Source: Alphaproteobacteria bacterium
Lineage (GTDB): Bacteria > Pseudomonadota > Alphaproteobacteria > Bin95
Direction of reading: 5' to 3'
NCBI GenBank assembly: GCA_963665325.3
Contig: CAXXWS020000003.1
Span: 160,001-224,000 of the forward strand
DNA length: 64,000 bases
Shown here: positions 1 through 9,428 of the stretch, piece by piece
How positions within the stretch are numbered: the first letter of the stretch is position 1
Layout of the letters: each line of letters opens with the position of its first letter
Notes under the pieces: model-generated
Told to the model about the DNA's origin: nothing
Seen by the model: only the letters and a program-made list of their open reading frames with translations
Database searches by the model: none
Program-made: the position numbers and the translations under genes

Positions 1-328
1 AGCCCGAGAGGGCGGCGAAGAACGTGCATCCGAGCACGGCCACCAGGCCGAGACTGCCCATGTAGTTGCCGATCAGCGACTGGGCGATCGCCACGATCCT
101 TAGCGCGAGGCCACCGCGCTCCATCAGGGCGCCGGCGAGTACGAACAGGGGCACGGTCAGGAGCGGGAACGGTTCGACCCCGGTGTACATGGCCTGGGCC
201 AGCGCCACGACCGGAATGTCGATCAGGAAGTAGCCGACGAGCGTCGCGATCGCCACCGCGATCGGGATCGGAATGCCGAACGCGATGGTGGCGACCAGCG
301 TCCCGAACATGTAGAGCGCTTCAATCAT
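1..328 (-). CDS. dctM: TRAP transporter large permease (N-terminal part; runs off the window)
   Basis: Manual translation from ATG at 328: MIEALYMFGTLVATIAFGIPIPIAVAIATL...EPFPLLTVPLFVLAGALMERGGLA...FFAALSG, typical DctM motifs; start overlaps the dctQ 3' end. Confidence 0.93.
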   Translation of the reverse strand, partial: MIEALYMFGTLVATIAFGIPIPIAVAIATLVGYFLIDIPVVALAQAMYTGVEPFPLLTVPLFVLAGALMERGGLALRIVAIAQSLIGNYMGSLGLVAVLGCTFFAALSG

Positions 329-848
329 GGAGAACCGCCCCGTCTTCGGGGACTGCCGTCGGCAGGATGCCGTCCCGGGCCCAATGGTAATAGACCTGGA
401 TGAGACGGACCGTCATCAGGGCGAAACCGACGACCAGGCACAGATACGGCCACTTCTGGGCAACGCCCAGCACCGGCGAATTGAAGGGGAGTTCCCACAT
501 CGAAAGATGCAGCAGGAAACTCTGCCAGGTCAGGTATATGGCGAACACGAACCAGACCAGGTCGCTCAGCACGGCCAGGCCGAGCGCCATCCGGCCCGGG
601 AAAAGTTGGATCAGGTTCATCACCCGTATGTGGGTGCGTTCGCGCACCGCCCAGGAGGCCGAAATATAGACGGACCAGAGCATCGCATAGACGGCGATTT
701 CGTCCGACCAGGAGGTCGGCGCGCTGAACACATAGCGCATCACGACCTGGAAAAAGACGAGCACCGCCATGACGGTGACGCAGACGCCCGCAACGACTTC
801 TTCGGCTCGCCGCTCAAGGAACGCGAAGACTGTGCTGAGTGAAGGCAT
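321..848 (-). CDS. dctQ: TRAP transporter small permease
   Basis: 175 aa, 4 hydrophobic segments, QVVMRYVF...WSDEIA...HIRV motif, between dctP and dctM. Confidence 0.92.
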   Translation of the reverse strand: MPSLSTVFAFLERRAEEVVAGVCVTVMAVLVFFQVVMRYVFSAPTSWSDEIAVYAMLWSVYISASWAVRERTHIRVMNLIQLFPGRMALGLAVLSDLVWFVFAIYLTWQSFLLHLSMWELPFNSPVLGVAQKWPYLCLVVGFALMTVRLIQVYYHWARDGILPTAVPEDGAVLHD

Positions 849-949
849 GCAGCCCGCCGTGGAATGAGAACCCGGGTGGAGGGCGAGGGCCGCGGCGGGC
901 TCGATGAACCTCCGCCCCGCCGCGGCCGCTCGCTTGCCGAAGTGTCAGC

Positions 950-1942
950 CTAGTTGGCGAGTGCGTTGATCGCCTCGATCAGTTCGACATATTCGGCGCC
1001 GCGTTCGGCCGCGAAGGCCTCATGCACCTCGGCGGCCGCCTCGATGAAGGGTGTGGTGTCCGGAGTCGTGAACTGCACGCCGGACTCCTTGAGCTTTTGC
1101 GTAAACCCTTCGTTGCCGATCCTGACATGCGCCCGCGCCGCCGCCGCCGCGATATCGGCGGCCATGTAGAGCGCTTCCTTCTGTTCGTCGGTCAGCTTGT
1201 CCATGAACTTGGTACTGACGAAGAACGGCGGCGTCAGCGCAAAATGGCCCGTCAGCGCGATATGCTTGGCGACCTCGTGGAATTTCTGAGTGAAAATGCC
1301 GTCAAGCGGGAGGTCGCCGCCATCGACGGTTCCGGTCTGCACGGCGGTCAGGGTTTCTGACCAGGCCATAGGGACGGGGTCGGAGCCGAACGCCTTGTAG
1401 GTGTCGACCATCACGACATTCTTGGGGACCCGGTATTTCAGCGGCCTGAAATCCTCGATGCTGTTGATCGCCTGCTTCGAGTTGTAAAGGTGCCGGAACG
1501 AGACCAGCACGATCTTCACCAGGTGGACGCCCGCTTCTTCCGGCATGGCGCCCCAGACCTTCTGGCCGACCTCGCCATCGACCACCTTGTAGGCATGTTC
1601 GAGATTCTGCAGCATGTAGGGCAGGACCAGCAGGTCGATCTTGGGATAGAACGGGCCGGCATTGTTCTGCGCGATCAGGGTGCCGTCGAGCGTGCCGAGC
1701 TGCAGCTTCTTTAACATGTCCTGCTCGCCGCCCATCTTGAAGCAGCAATGGACCTTGACCCGGACTTCGCCGCCGGTGAGCTTGTTCAGACGGTCGGCGA
1801 AGGTGTTCATGAATGTGCCGTAGGGATTTATTTCGGCCGTCGCGTAGCCGATGTTCATCAATGTCGCTGCAAGCGCAGAGCCCGTCGAAATTGCCGTGAC
1901 AACGGCCATCATGGTCGCCGCCAGAAGCGTTCTCTTGATCAT
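950..1942 (-). CDS. dctP: TRAP transporter substrate-binding protein
   Basis: Signal peptide MIKRTLLAA...ALA; GGEQDMLKKLQLGTLD, LKYRVP, PVPMAWSETLTAVQTGTVDG motifs; GAGGAAG RBS before ATG 1942. Confidence 0.93.
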   Translation of the reverse strand: MIKRTLLAATMMAVVTAISTGSALAATLMNIGYATAEINPYGTFMNTFADRLNKLTGGEVRVKVHCCFKMGGEQDMLKKLQLGTLDGTLIAQNNAGPFYPKIDLLVLPYMLQNLEHAYKVVDGEVGQKVWGAMPEEAGVHLVKIVLVSFRHLYNSKQAINSIEDFRPLKYRVPKNVVMVDTYKAFGSDPVPMAWSETLTAVQTGTVDGGDLPLDGIFTQKFHEVAKHIALTGHFALTPPFFVSTKFMDKLTDEQKEALYMAADIAAAAARAHVRIGNEGFTQKLKESGVQFTTPDTTPFIEAAAEVHEAFAAERGAEYVELIEAINALAN

Positions 1943-2232
1943 TTCTTCCTCCCGGTTCTGGAAACGGAGTCCTCTTTGCAACGGCGCATGGAACGATCTC
2001 CCCCCATGTCCGCAACGCGGTAGTCGCGCCCAACGGGCGCGGCCGGACTGGCCAAGCCGCCCTTACGGGCGGGTCAATAGACCGAGTGTTGCACGATGGT
2101 GCGAGGGACGCCAGTGCCATGCAATCGTGCTCCCCGGGCCGTGTGCGGACGCCTCCCGGGATGCAAGCCTGTATCGCCTCCGTGTCTTCGCCGCTCGACA
2201 TTCCGGGACATGGCGGCGACCCCCGGAAACAA

Positions 2233-2589
2233 TCAGTCCGTAAGGGTTCGATCAATGTCCCCGGTCACGTTCGTTTCCGGGTCGTATTTCCCGGCCCAGG
2301 CCATTATCGCCAGCATCATCGGCCGCAGATCTTTTCCCTTGTCGGTGAGCTCGTACAAGACCTTGCGTCCGTCGGCCGGGTCTTTTTTCCGGCTGACAAT
2401 CTGTTGGGTTTCGAGCTGGCGCAGACGGTCGGACAGTACGTTCGACGAAATGCCCTCGCCGGCATTCATGAAGTCCTGAAACCGGGTAAAGCCGCGAAAC
2501 ATCATGTCGCGGATAACCAGCAGCGACCAGCGATCCCCGAATGTGCCCAGCCCGAACCGGAATGGGCATCGATTGGGCTCGTAAATCAT
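2233..2589 (-). CDS. HxlR-family winged-helix transcriptional regulator
   Basis: CP...GDRWSLLVIRD...RFQDF...GISSNVLSDRLRQLE...YELTDKG HxlR signature; divergent from the DMT gene. Confidence 0.9.
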   Translation of the reverse strand: MIYEPNRCPFRFGLGTFGDRWSLLVIRDMMFRGFTRFQDFMNAGEGISSNVLSDRLRQLETQQIVSRKKDPADGRKVLYELTDKGKDLRPMMLAIMAWAGKYDPETNVTGDIDRTLTD

Positions 2590-2694
2590 CTTCCCAGCAT
2601 ACCGGCTCAGGAATTCCTTGCAAACAGCAAGTGATTGTGTCCCTTTACTTGCAAAATGCAAGCGATGGGCGCCGCCGTCGAAGAGGCCGACTCC

Positions 2695-3621
2695 ATGAAT
2701 CGAGCGATGAATGCAGCCGACTGGGGCCTTCTGCTGACGACAGCAGTGCTTCTGGGCAGCACCTTTCTGTTCCTCAACATCGCCGTCGCCGAAGTGCCGC
2801 CGCTGACCGTTGCGGTATCGCGGGCGCTGATCGCGGCGCCCATCTGCTGGGTCATGATGCGCGCATTCGGCGCGCGCATGCCACGGACCCGGCAGGAATG
2901 GGTCGCGCTCTTCTGGCTTGGGCTGCTGACGGGCGCGATCCCGTTCGGGTCGCTCTCCTGGGGCCAGCAGCATATCGAAAGCGGCATGCCCGGCATCCTG
3001 TTCGGCACGATGCCGGTCCTGTCGGTCGTTCTCGCGCCGCTGTTCCTGGCCGAGGAGACATTCACGCGCCGGCGTCTGATCGGCGCCGCGGTCGGGCTGG
3101 CGGGCGTCGTGCTGGTGATGGGTCCGTCGGTGCTGGTCAATTCCGGCGATCGGGCGCTCGCCGTCTTCATCACCTTTCTCGCCCCCTTGAGCCACACACT
3201 GGGCGCGATCTACGCCCGCCGGCAGCCCGGCCTCGCGCCGCCGGCCATGGCCACCGGGCAGATGATCTTCGGCGCCCTGATCCTGACGCCGCCGGCATTG
3301 ATCCTGGAAGCGCCGCTCGGCCTTACGCCCAGCATGGGAGCGCTCGGCGCGATCCTCGTCACCGGCGTTGCCTGCACCGCGATTGCGATGAGCCTGTATT
3401 TCGTCGTCGTCCGGCGCATCGGCGCCACCCGCAGCTCCCTCGTGCCGCTCTTCTTTCCCCCGGTTGCCGTGTTCCTGGGCGCGGCGGTCCTCGGCGAACG
3501 GCTGCCGGTCGAGGCCTTTATCGGTCTGGCGCTGATCATGGCCGGTGCGCTGGCCGTAGGCGGCGCAACGGCCAAATCGCCCGAACCGGCCGCCACCGCC
3601 GCCCGGGCGGAAAGGGTGTAG
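2695..3621 (+). CDS. DMT/EamA-family transporter
   Basis: About 10 TM segments in two EamA repeats (LAPLFLAEE; VFLGAAVLGERL). Confidence 0.9.
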   Translation: MNRAMNAADWGLLLTTAVLLGSTFLFLNIAVAEVPPLTVAVSRALIAAPICWVMMRAFGARMPRTRQEWVALFWLGLLTGAIPFGSLSWGQQHIESGMPGILFGTMPVLSVVLAPLFLAEETFTRRRLIGAAVGLAGVVLVMGPSVLVNSGDRALAVFITFLAPLSHTLGAIYARRQPGLAPPAMATGQMIFGALILTPPALILEAPLGLTPSMGALGAILVTGVACTAIAMSLYFVVVRRIGATRSSLVPLFFPPVAVFLGAAVLGERLPVEAFIGLALIMAGALAVGGATAKSPEPAATAARAERV

Positions 3622-3708
3622 ATGCCGGCGTGACCTGCGCCGGATAATGTGCCGACCCTGACGCGGCCGGGGATGCCGGTCGCTAACCGCGCCGAACGGT
3701 CCTGCGCC

Positions 3709-4251
<543 letters not shown>

Positions 4252-4262
4252 CGAAGGCTTCC

Positions 4263-4688
4263 TCATCCGACCTGGGTGCCGTAGGTGCCGCGCCCGACCG
4301 CGACCAACCTGCCCTGTTCGTCGTAAACGTCGATATCGACTACCGCGACCGTCCGTCCCGCCCGGCGCACCTTCGCCTTGCCGGTGAGCGCGGTGTTCGA
4401 GGCCGGGCGCAGGAAATCCGTGCGGTAGTTGATGGTCGGCACGCCGCCGCCCCGGTTTATCACCAGCGCATAGTCGCCGACCGTGTCGATGAAGGCGGAA
4501 ATGACCCCGCCGTGATACTGGCCCGTGCCGTGCGCGCGCTCGAACTCCGGGCGCATCTCGATGCGCATGGCGATCTCTTCGGCCTCGGCGTCGGCGTGGG
4601 TCACGGTAATGCCCATGCCGGCGTTGAAGGGCGAAGCGTCGATCTTGGCCTGGAGCGCAGCGACGGTGAGCGGCAGCGTGTCTGTCAT
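4263..4688 (-). CDS. PaaI-family hotdog thioesterase
   Basis: SPFNAGMGI...[11 protein letters not shown]...[13 protein letters not shown]...[11 protein letters not shown]. Confidence 0.9.
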   Translation of the reverse strand: MTDTLPLTVAALQAKIDASPFNAGMGITVTHADAEAEEIAMRIEMRPEFERAHGTGQYHGGVISAFIDTVGDYALVINRGGGVPTINYRTDFLRPASNTALTGKAKVRRAGRTVAVVDIDVYDEQGRLVAVGRGTYGTQVG

Positions 4689-4811
4689 GGGCCGAGGCGA
4701 ATAGCACGCGGGACCGGGCCGCGCCAGCGGGTGCGGCAGTCCTGCGCAGGCCGGGACAGGCCTGCCGTCAGCGGCTATTCTCCCGCGCCGGCAGGAAGGG
4801 GGCAGGCATCC

Positions 4812-6320
4812 ATGCGCATCAATCTCGGCGACCTTGCGGACCGGAACAAGGACCCGGACCTGCCCGCCATTGTCGACGCGGCAGACTGGGAGCACGCGCC
4901 CGTGCGCTCGCACCGCTGGCTGGAGGAGCGAACCTGCGGCGTCGCCCGCGCGCTGCTCGGCCGAGGCCTCGCGCGAGGCGACCGCGTCGCCATCTTCGCC
5001 GCCAACAGCGCCGACTGGCTCGCCGTCTATTTCGGCGCCATGCGCGCGGGCCTCATCGCGGTGCCGGTCAACTGGCGCTTCCCGGACGAGACCGTGGCCC
5101 ATGTCCTGAAGGACAGCGGCGCCAGATTCCTGTTCGTGGACGAGGACCGCCGGAATCGAGCACCAGGCGGCCTGCCGACCGTCGAATTCGGACGGGATTT
5201 CGAGGCGTTCCTCGATCCGGGCGCGTTCGAGACGGTCGCGCCGGAAGCCGGCGAGGTGGCGCAGATCCTCTACACCTCCGGCTCGACCGGGCTGCCCAAG
5301 GGCGTGCCGCTCACCCATGCAGGCCATCTCTGGGTGATCGAAATGCGCTTCCGCGCGACCCCGGAGATCGACCGCCACCGCTACCTTGTCGCCGCGCCCC
5401 TCTACCACATGAACGCGCTCGCCAGCTCCAAGTTCCTGATCGCTGGCCATGCGAGCATGGCGCTGCTGGGGCAGTTTTCCGGCCGGCGCTACCTGGAGGC
5501 GGTGCCGCGCTTCGGCTGCACATGGCTCACCTCTGTGCCGACCATGATCGCGCTCGCCCTCCAGGAGCGGGAGACGATCGCCCGGCTCGACCTGTCCTCG
5601 GTGGAGGTGGTGACGATGGGCTCGGCGCCGGCCACGGCCGGGCTGTTCGCCGAGACCCGCCGGGTCTTCCCCAATGCCCGCATCGCCTACAGCTACGGCA
5701 CCACGGAGGCCGGCCCCTGCGTGTTCGCGCCCCATCCGGACGGGCTGCCGACGCCCGATCTCGCGCTCGGCGTGCGGCACAATGAGGTGCAGCTCCGCCT
5801 GGCGGCCGGCGGCGACCTCGATGCCGAGGAAGGCGAGCTCCAGATGCTGTGCCCCGCCAACATGCCGGGCTATCTCAACCTTCCGGCCAAGACCGCCGAG
5901 GCGGTGACCGGGGAGGGGTATTACTGCACCGGCGACGTCATGCGCCGCGACGCCGAGGGCTTCTACTATTTCGTCGGCCGGGTGGACGACATGTTCACCG
6001 TCAACGGCGAGAATGTCTGGCCGTCCGAGGTCGAGAAGGTGCTGGAGGCGCATCCGGACATCGCCCAGGCCTGCCTTGTGCCGGTGCCGGACCCGGTGCG
6101 CGGCAACATGCCGGTCGCCTTCGTCGCGGCCAGGCCGGGCGCAAGTCTCGATGCCGACGGGGTCAAGGCCCATGCGCTCGCGATGGCGCCCGCCTACATG
6201 CACCCCCGCCGCGTGCATTTCCTGCCCGAACTGCCGCTCGCCAGCACCAACAAGGTGGACCGCTCGGCGCTCGCCGCCCGCGCGGCCCAGGCGGAGGGCG
6301 GCGCAGGCGCAGCCCTGTAG
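4812..6320 (+). CDS. Acyl-CoA synthetase / AMP-dependent ligase (ANL superfamily)
   Basis: YTSGSTGLPKG, YGTTE, TGD, GRVDD...GENVWPSEVE, PLASTNKVDR motifs. Confidence 0.93.
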   Translation: MRINLGDLADRNKDPDLPAIVDAADWEHAPVRSHRWLEERTCGVARALLGRGLARGDRVAIFAANSADWLAVYFGAMRAGLIAVPVNWRFPDETVAHVLKDSGARFLFVDEDRRNRAPGGLPTVEFGRDFEAFLDPGAFETVAPEAGEVAQILYTSGSTGLPKGVPLTHAGHLWVIEMRFRATPEIDRHRYLVAAPLYHMNALASSKFLIAGHASMALLGQFSGRRYLEAVPRFGCTWLTSVPTMIALALQERETIARLDLSSVEVVTMGSAPATAGLFAETRRVFPNARIAYSYGTTEAGPCVFAPHPDGLPTPDLALGVRHNEVQLRLAAGGDLDAEEGELQMLCPANMPGYLNLPAKTAEAVTGEGYYCTGDVMRRDAEGFYYFVGRVDDMFTVNGENVWPSEVEKVLEAHPDIAQACLVPVPDPVRGNMPVAFVAARPGASLDADGVKAHALAMAPAYMHPRRVHFLPELPLASTNKVDRSALAARAAQAEGGAGAAL

Positions 6321-6333
6321 AGCCGCTCGACCG

Positions 6334-7590
6334 TCAGGCGACGATGCCGTTGAGCGCGTAGTCGAACGCTTCGTAGCTGTGCAGCCGCCCCGCCTCGGCG
6401 CGGCGCGCATAATCGTCCTTGACCGGGCGGCTCAGGATAATCGGCACATCCGCCTCGTGGAGGCTGCCATGGGTGCGCAGCCGGTGGCCCTTGAGGCCGC
6501 TCAGGTCGTGGTCCGCCTCGCGGGACCCGATGACGGTGTGCGCGTCGGCGAGCACCGCGAGGTCGCCTTCGCGGTCGAAGGGCAGGTCCAGCTCCCGCGA
6601 CGCCCCCTCGCGGGACAGAACCCGCTCCACGCCCGGCGCGTCCGCGATGGCCTCGATGGCCTGCTCGACCCGGAGCCCGTCGCGGCAATAGACGCGCACG
6701 AAGCCGCCGAGCGAGCCGTGGTGGCCCACGAAGGCGTCGGTGATCGGGCAGATGACGGTGCTCGCGCCCGCGCCGAACTCGCTGTCGAGCATGTCCTGCA
6801 GCCACACGACGCGGGGGTTGCCGTCCTCGTCGGACTTGTCGTTCATGCCGTGGTCGGCGGTAAGCGCCACGGTCGCGCCCAGCTCCTCCAGCCTGCCGAA
6901 GCGCGCGTCCATTTCTGCATAGAAGCTGTCGGCCTCGGGATGGCCGGGCGCATAGGCGTGCTGGATATAGTCGGTGAGCGAGAGGTAGAGAATGTCCGGG
7001 CGGCGCTCTTCTAGCAGCTTCAGGCCGGCGTCCAGCACGAAGAGAGAGAGGTCGGCGGAATACATGTCCGGCAGCGGCTGGCCGACGAAGTCGAGCGCGT
7101 CCTCGATGCCATTCTCCTCCATGGTGCAGCGGTCGGCATGCTGCGAGGAGAAGCTGACCGAACCGTTCGAGAGGTCCATGCCCTTCTGGAGCTGCTGGCG
7201 GAGCTTGTCCTTGGCGGTAACCGAGACGACCCGTGCCCCGGCCCGCGAGAACGCGCTCATCACCGAGGGAGCCCTGAGCAGTTCCGGGCCCGTCATCACC
7301 ACCGGCTCGTCGGTGGCGCGGTCGAGGTAGAAATTGCCGGAGATGCCATGCACCGAGGCCGGGCGGCCGGTGACGATGGACATGTTGTTGGGACAGGTGA
7401 AGCTCGGCATGATGCCATCTGCCACCGTGTGGAAGCCGTCCTGCATGTAACGCGCGATATTGGGCAGGATGCCCGCCGCGAGCCCGTGCTCGATATAGGC
7501 CGGGTCCCCGCCGTCAATGCACACCACCGCCAGCGGCCGCTCCGGTCGGCTGTATTCGGTGCCGTTCACTTCCAGTCTGTCGGTCGCCAT
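6334..7590 (-). CDS. phnA: Phosphonoacetate hydrolase
   Basis: VVCIDGG, MPSFTCPNNMSIVTG, YLSLTDYIQH, LTADHGM, CPITDAFVGHHGSLG, LRTHG: alkaline-phosphatase-superfamily PhnA motifs. Confidence 0.92.
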   Translation of the reverse strand: MATDRLEVNGTEYSRPERPLAVVCIDGGDPAYIEHGLAAGILPNIARYMQDGFHTVADGIMPSFTCPNNMSIVTGRPASVHGISGNFYLDRATDEPVVMTGPELLRAPSVMSAFSRAGARVVSVTAKDKLRQQLQKGMDLSNGSVSFSSQHADRCTMEENGIEDALDFVGQPLPDMYSADLSLFVLDAGLKLLEERRPDILYLSLTDYIQHAYAPGHPEADSFYAEMDARFGRLEELGATVALTADHGMNDKSDEDGNPRVVWLQDMLDSEFGAGASTVICPITDAFVGHHGSLGGFVRVYCRDGLRVEQAIEAIADAPGVERVLSREGASRELDLPFDREGDLAVLADAHTVIGSREADHDLSGLKGHRLRTHGSLHEADVPIILSRPVKDDYARRAEAGRLHSYEAFDYALNGIVA

Positions 7591-7594
7591 GTCG

Positions 7595-8539
7595 CTACTC
7601 CTGCGCCGCCAGGTACTTCTCGGCTTCGAGGGCCGCCATGCAGCCGAGGCCGGCGGCGGTGACGGCCTGGCGGAAGATCTTGTCCTTGACGTCGCCCGCG
7701 GCGAACACGCCCGGCAGGGACGTGACCGTGCTGTCAGGGCGGGTGATGAGATAGCCCTCCTCGTCCATCTCCAGCAGGCCCCGGAAGATGTCCGTGTTGG
7801 GCCGGTGGCCGATGGCGATGAACACGCCGTCCAACGTGCGCTCGGTCACGGCGTCCGTCTTCACATTTCGCAGCCGCGCGCCGGTCACGCCCGGCGGTGC
7901 GCCCCCGCCCAGCACCTCGTCCAGCACCGTGTCCCAGACCATCTCGACCTTCTCGTTCCGGAAAAGGCGCTCCTGCAATATCTTCTCCGCGCGCAGGCTG
8001 TCGCGCCGGTGGACCACCGAGACCTTGCTGGCATGGTTGGTGAGGTAGAGCGCCTCTTCCACCGCCGTGTTGCCGCCGCCCACCACCAGCACCTCGCGGT
8101 CGCGGAAGAAGAAGCCGTCGCAGGTGGCGCAGGCGGAGACGCCGAAGCCCCGGAAGCGCTCCTCGCTCGGCAGGCCCAGCCACTTTGCCTCCGCGCCCGT
8201 TGAGACGATGACCGTATCGGCCGTATAGACCGCGCCGCTGTCGCCCTTGCAGACCATCGGCCGGGCCTCGAAGTCGCATTCGACGATCATGTCGAAATAG
8301 GTCTCCGTGCCGACATGCCGGGCCTGCGCCTCCATCTGCTCCATCAGCCACGGGCCCTGGATCACGTCGGCGAAGCCCGGATAGTTCTCCACGTCGGTGG
8401 TGATGGTGAGCTGCCCGCCCGGCGCCATGCCCTGCACCAGCCCGGGCTTGAGCGCGGCGCGGGCGGCGTAGATCGCGGCCGTGTAGCCGGCGGGGCCGGA
8501 GCCGAGGATCAGCACCCTGTGATGGATGGGGTCGGCCAT
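7595..8539 (-). CDS. trxB: Thioredoxin-disulfide reductase
   Basis: GSGPAG, CATCDG redox motif, GGGNTA, AAGDV...QAVTAAG. Confidence 0.97.
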   Translation of the reverse strand: MADPIHHRVLILGSGPAGYTAAIYAARAALKPGLVQGMAPGGQLTITTDVENYPGFADVIQGPWLMEQMEAQARHVGTETYFDMIVECDFEARPMVCKGDSGAVYTADTVIVSTGAEAKWLGLPSEERFRGFGVSACATCDGFFFRDREVLVVGGGNTAVEEALYLTNHASKVSVVHRRDSLRAEKILQERLFRNEKVEMVWDTVLDEVLGGGAPPGVTGARLRNVKTDAVTERTLDGVFIAIGHRPNTDIFRGLLEMDEEGYLITRPDSTVTSLPGVFAAGDVKDKIFRQAVTAAGLGCMAALEAEKYLAAQE

Positions 8540-8625
8540 GTCTTCTTACCTTGCTTTCGGGCTGCCGGACTGGCGCCGCCGGCCCGCTCATGTAGCATGG
8601 CCGGAAAAGGGAGGCACGGGGACAG

Positions 8626-9411
8626 ATGAGGACCATCGTGACGGGCGCGGCGCGCGGGATCGGGCGGGCGGTTTGCCAGAGACTCGCCCGCGATGCTCGG
8701 CGCAGCAACCGACCGGCGCATATCGCGGCCGTGGACCGGGCGCATGAGGACGAGCTGGACACGCTGCTTGCTGAACTGCGCGCGGAGGGCGTTGAGGCGA
8801 CGCCCTTCATGGGCGATCTCGGCGACCCCGACGCGCCGGCGCGCATCGTCGCGGAGGCGGCGGACGCAATGGGCGGCATCGATGCGCTGGTCTCCAATGC
8901 CGGCCTCGCCGCGCCTGCGCCGCTGACCCGGCTCGGGCTCGACGAGTGGGACCTCACCATGAATGTGAACACCCGCGCGACCTGGCTGCTCGGCAAGGCC
9001 GCGCATCCCCACCTGAAGGAAAGCCGGGGCGCCATTGCCGTCACCGCCTCCATGTCCGGCATGAACCCGCATAGCTGGATGGGTGCCTATTCGGCCAGCA
9101 AGGCCGGCGTCATCATCCTGGCGAAGCAGATGGCGCAGGAATGGGCGGCGGACGGCATTCGCGTCAACTGCGTCTCGCCCGGCCTCGTGCGCACCATGAT
9201 GACCGAGGCGATGTACGAAGACCCGGAGATCAAGGCGGGGCGCGAGGCGCTGGTGCCGATGGGCCGGGTCGCCGGCCCGGACGATATCGCCGACATCATC
9301 GCCTTCCTGCTCGGCCCCGACTCCCGCTATGTCACCGGGCAGGTCATCCTGACCGACGGCGGGCTGTCGGAGTCCATGTACAACCACATCCCGGGCCGGC
9401 CGCGCTCCTGA
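8626..9411 (+). CDS. Short-chain dehydrogenase/reductase
   Basis: TGAARGIG, SNAG, YSASK catalytic motif, IRVNCVSPG. Confidence 0.93.
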   Translation: MRTIVTGAARGIGRAVCQRLARDARRSNRPAHIAAVDRAHEDELDTLLAELRAEGVEATPFMGDLGDPDAPARIVAEAADAMGGIDALVSNAGLAAPAPLTRLGLDEWDLTMNVNTRATWLLGKAAHPHLKESRGAIAVTASMSGMNPHSWMGAYSASKAGVIILAKQMAQEWAADGIRVNCVSPGLVRTMMTEAMYEDPEIKAGREALVPMGRVAGPDDIADIIAFLLGPDSRYVTGQVILTDGGLSESMYNHIPGRPRS

Positions 9412-9428
9412 CCGCTGCGGGCGGCGCC

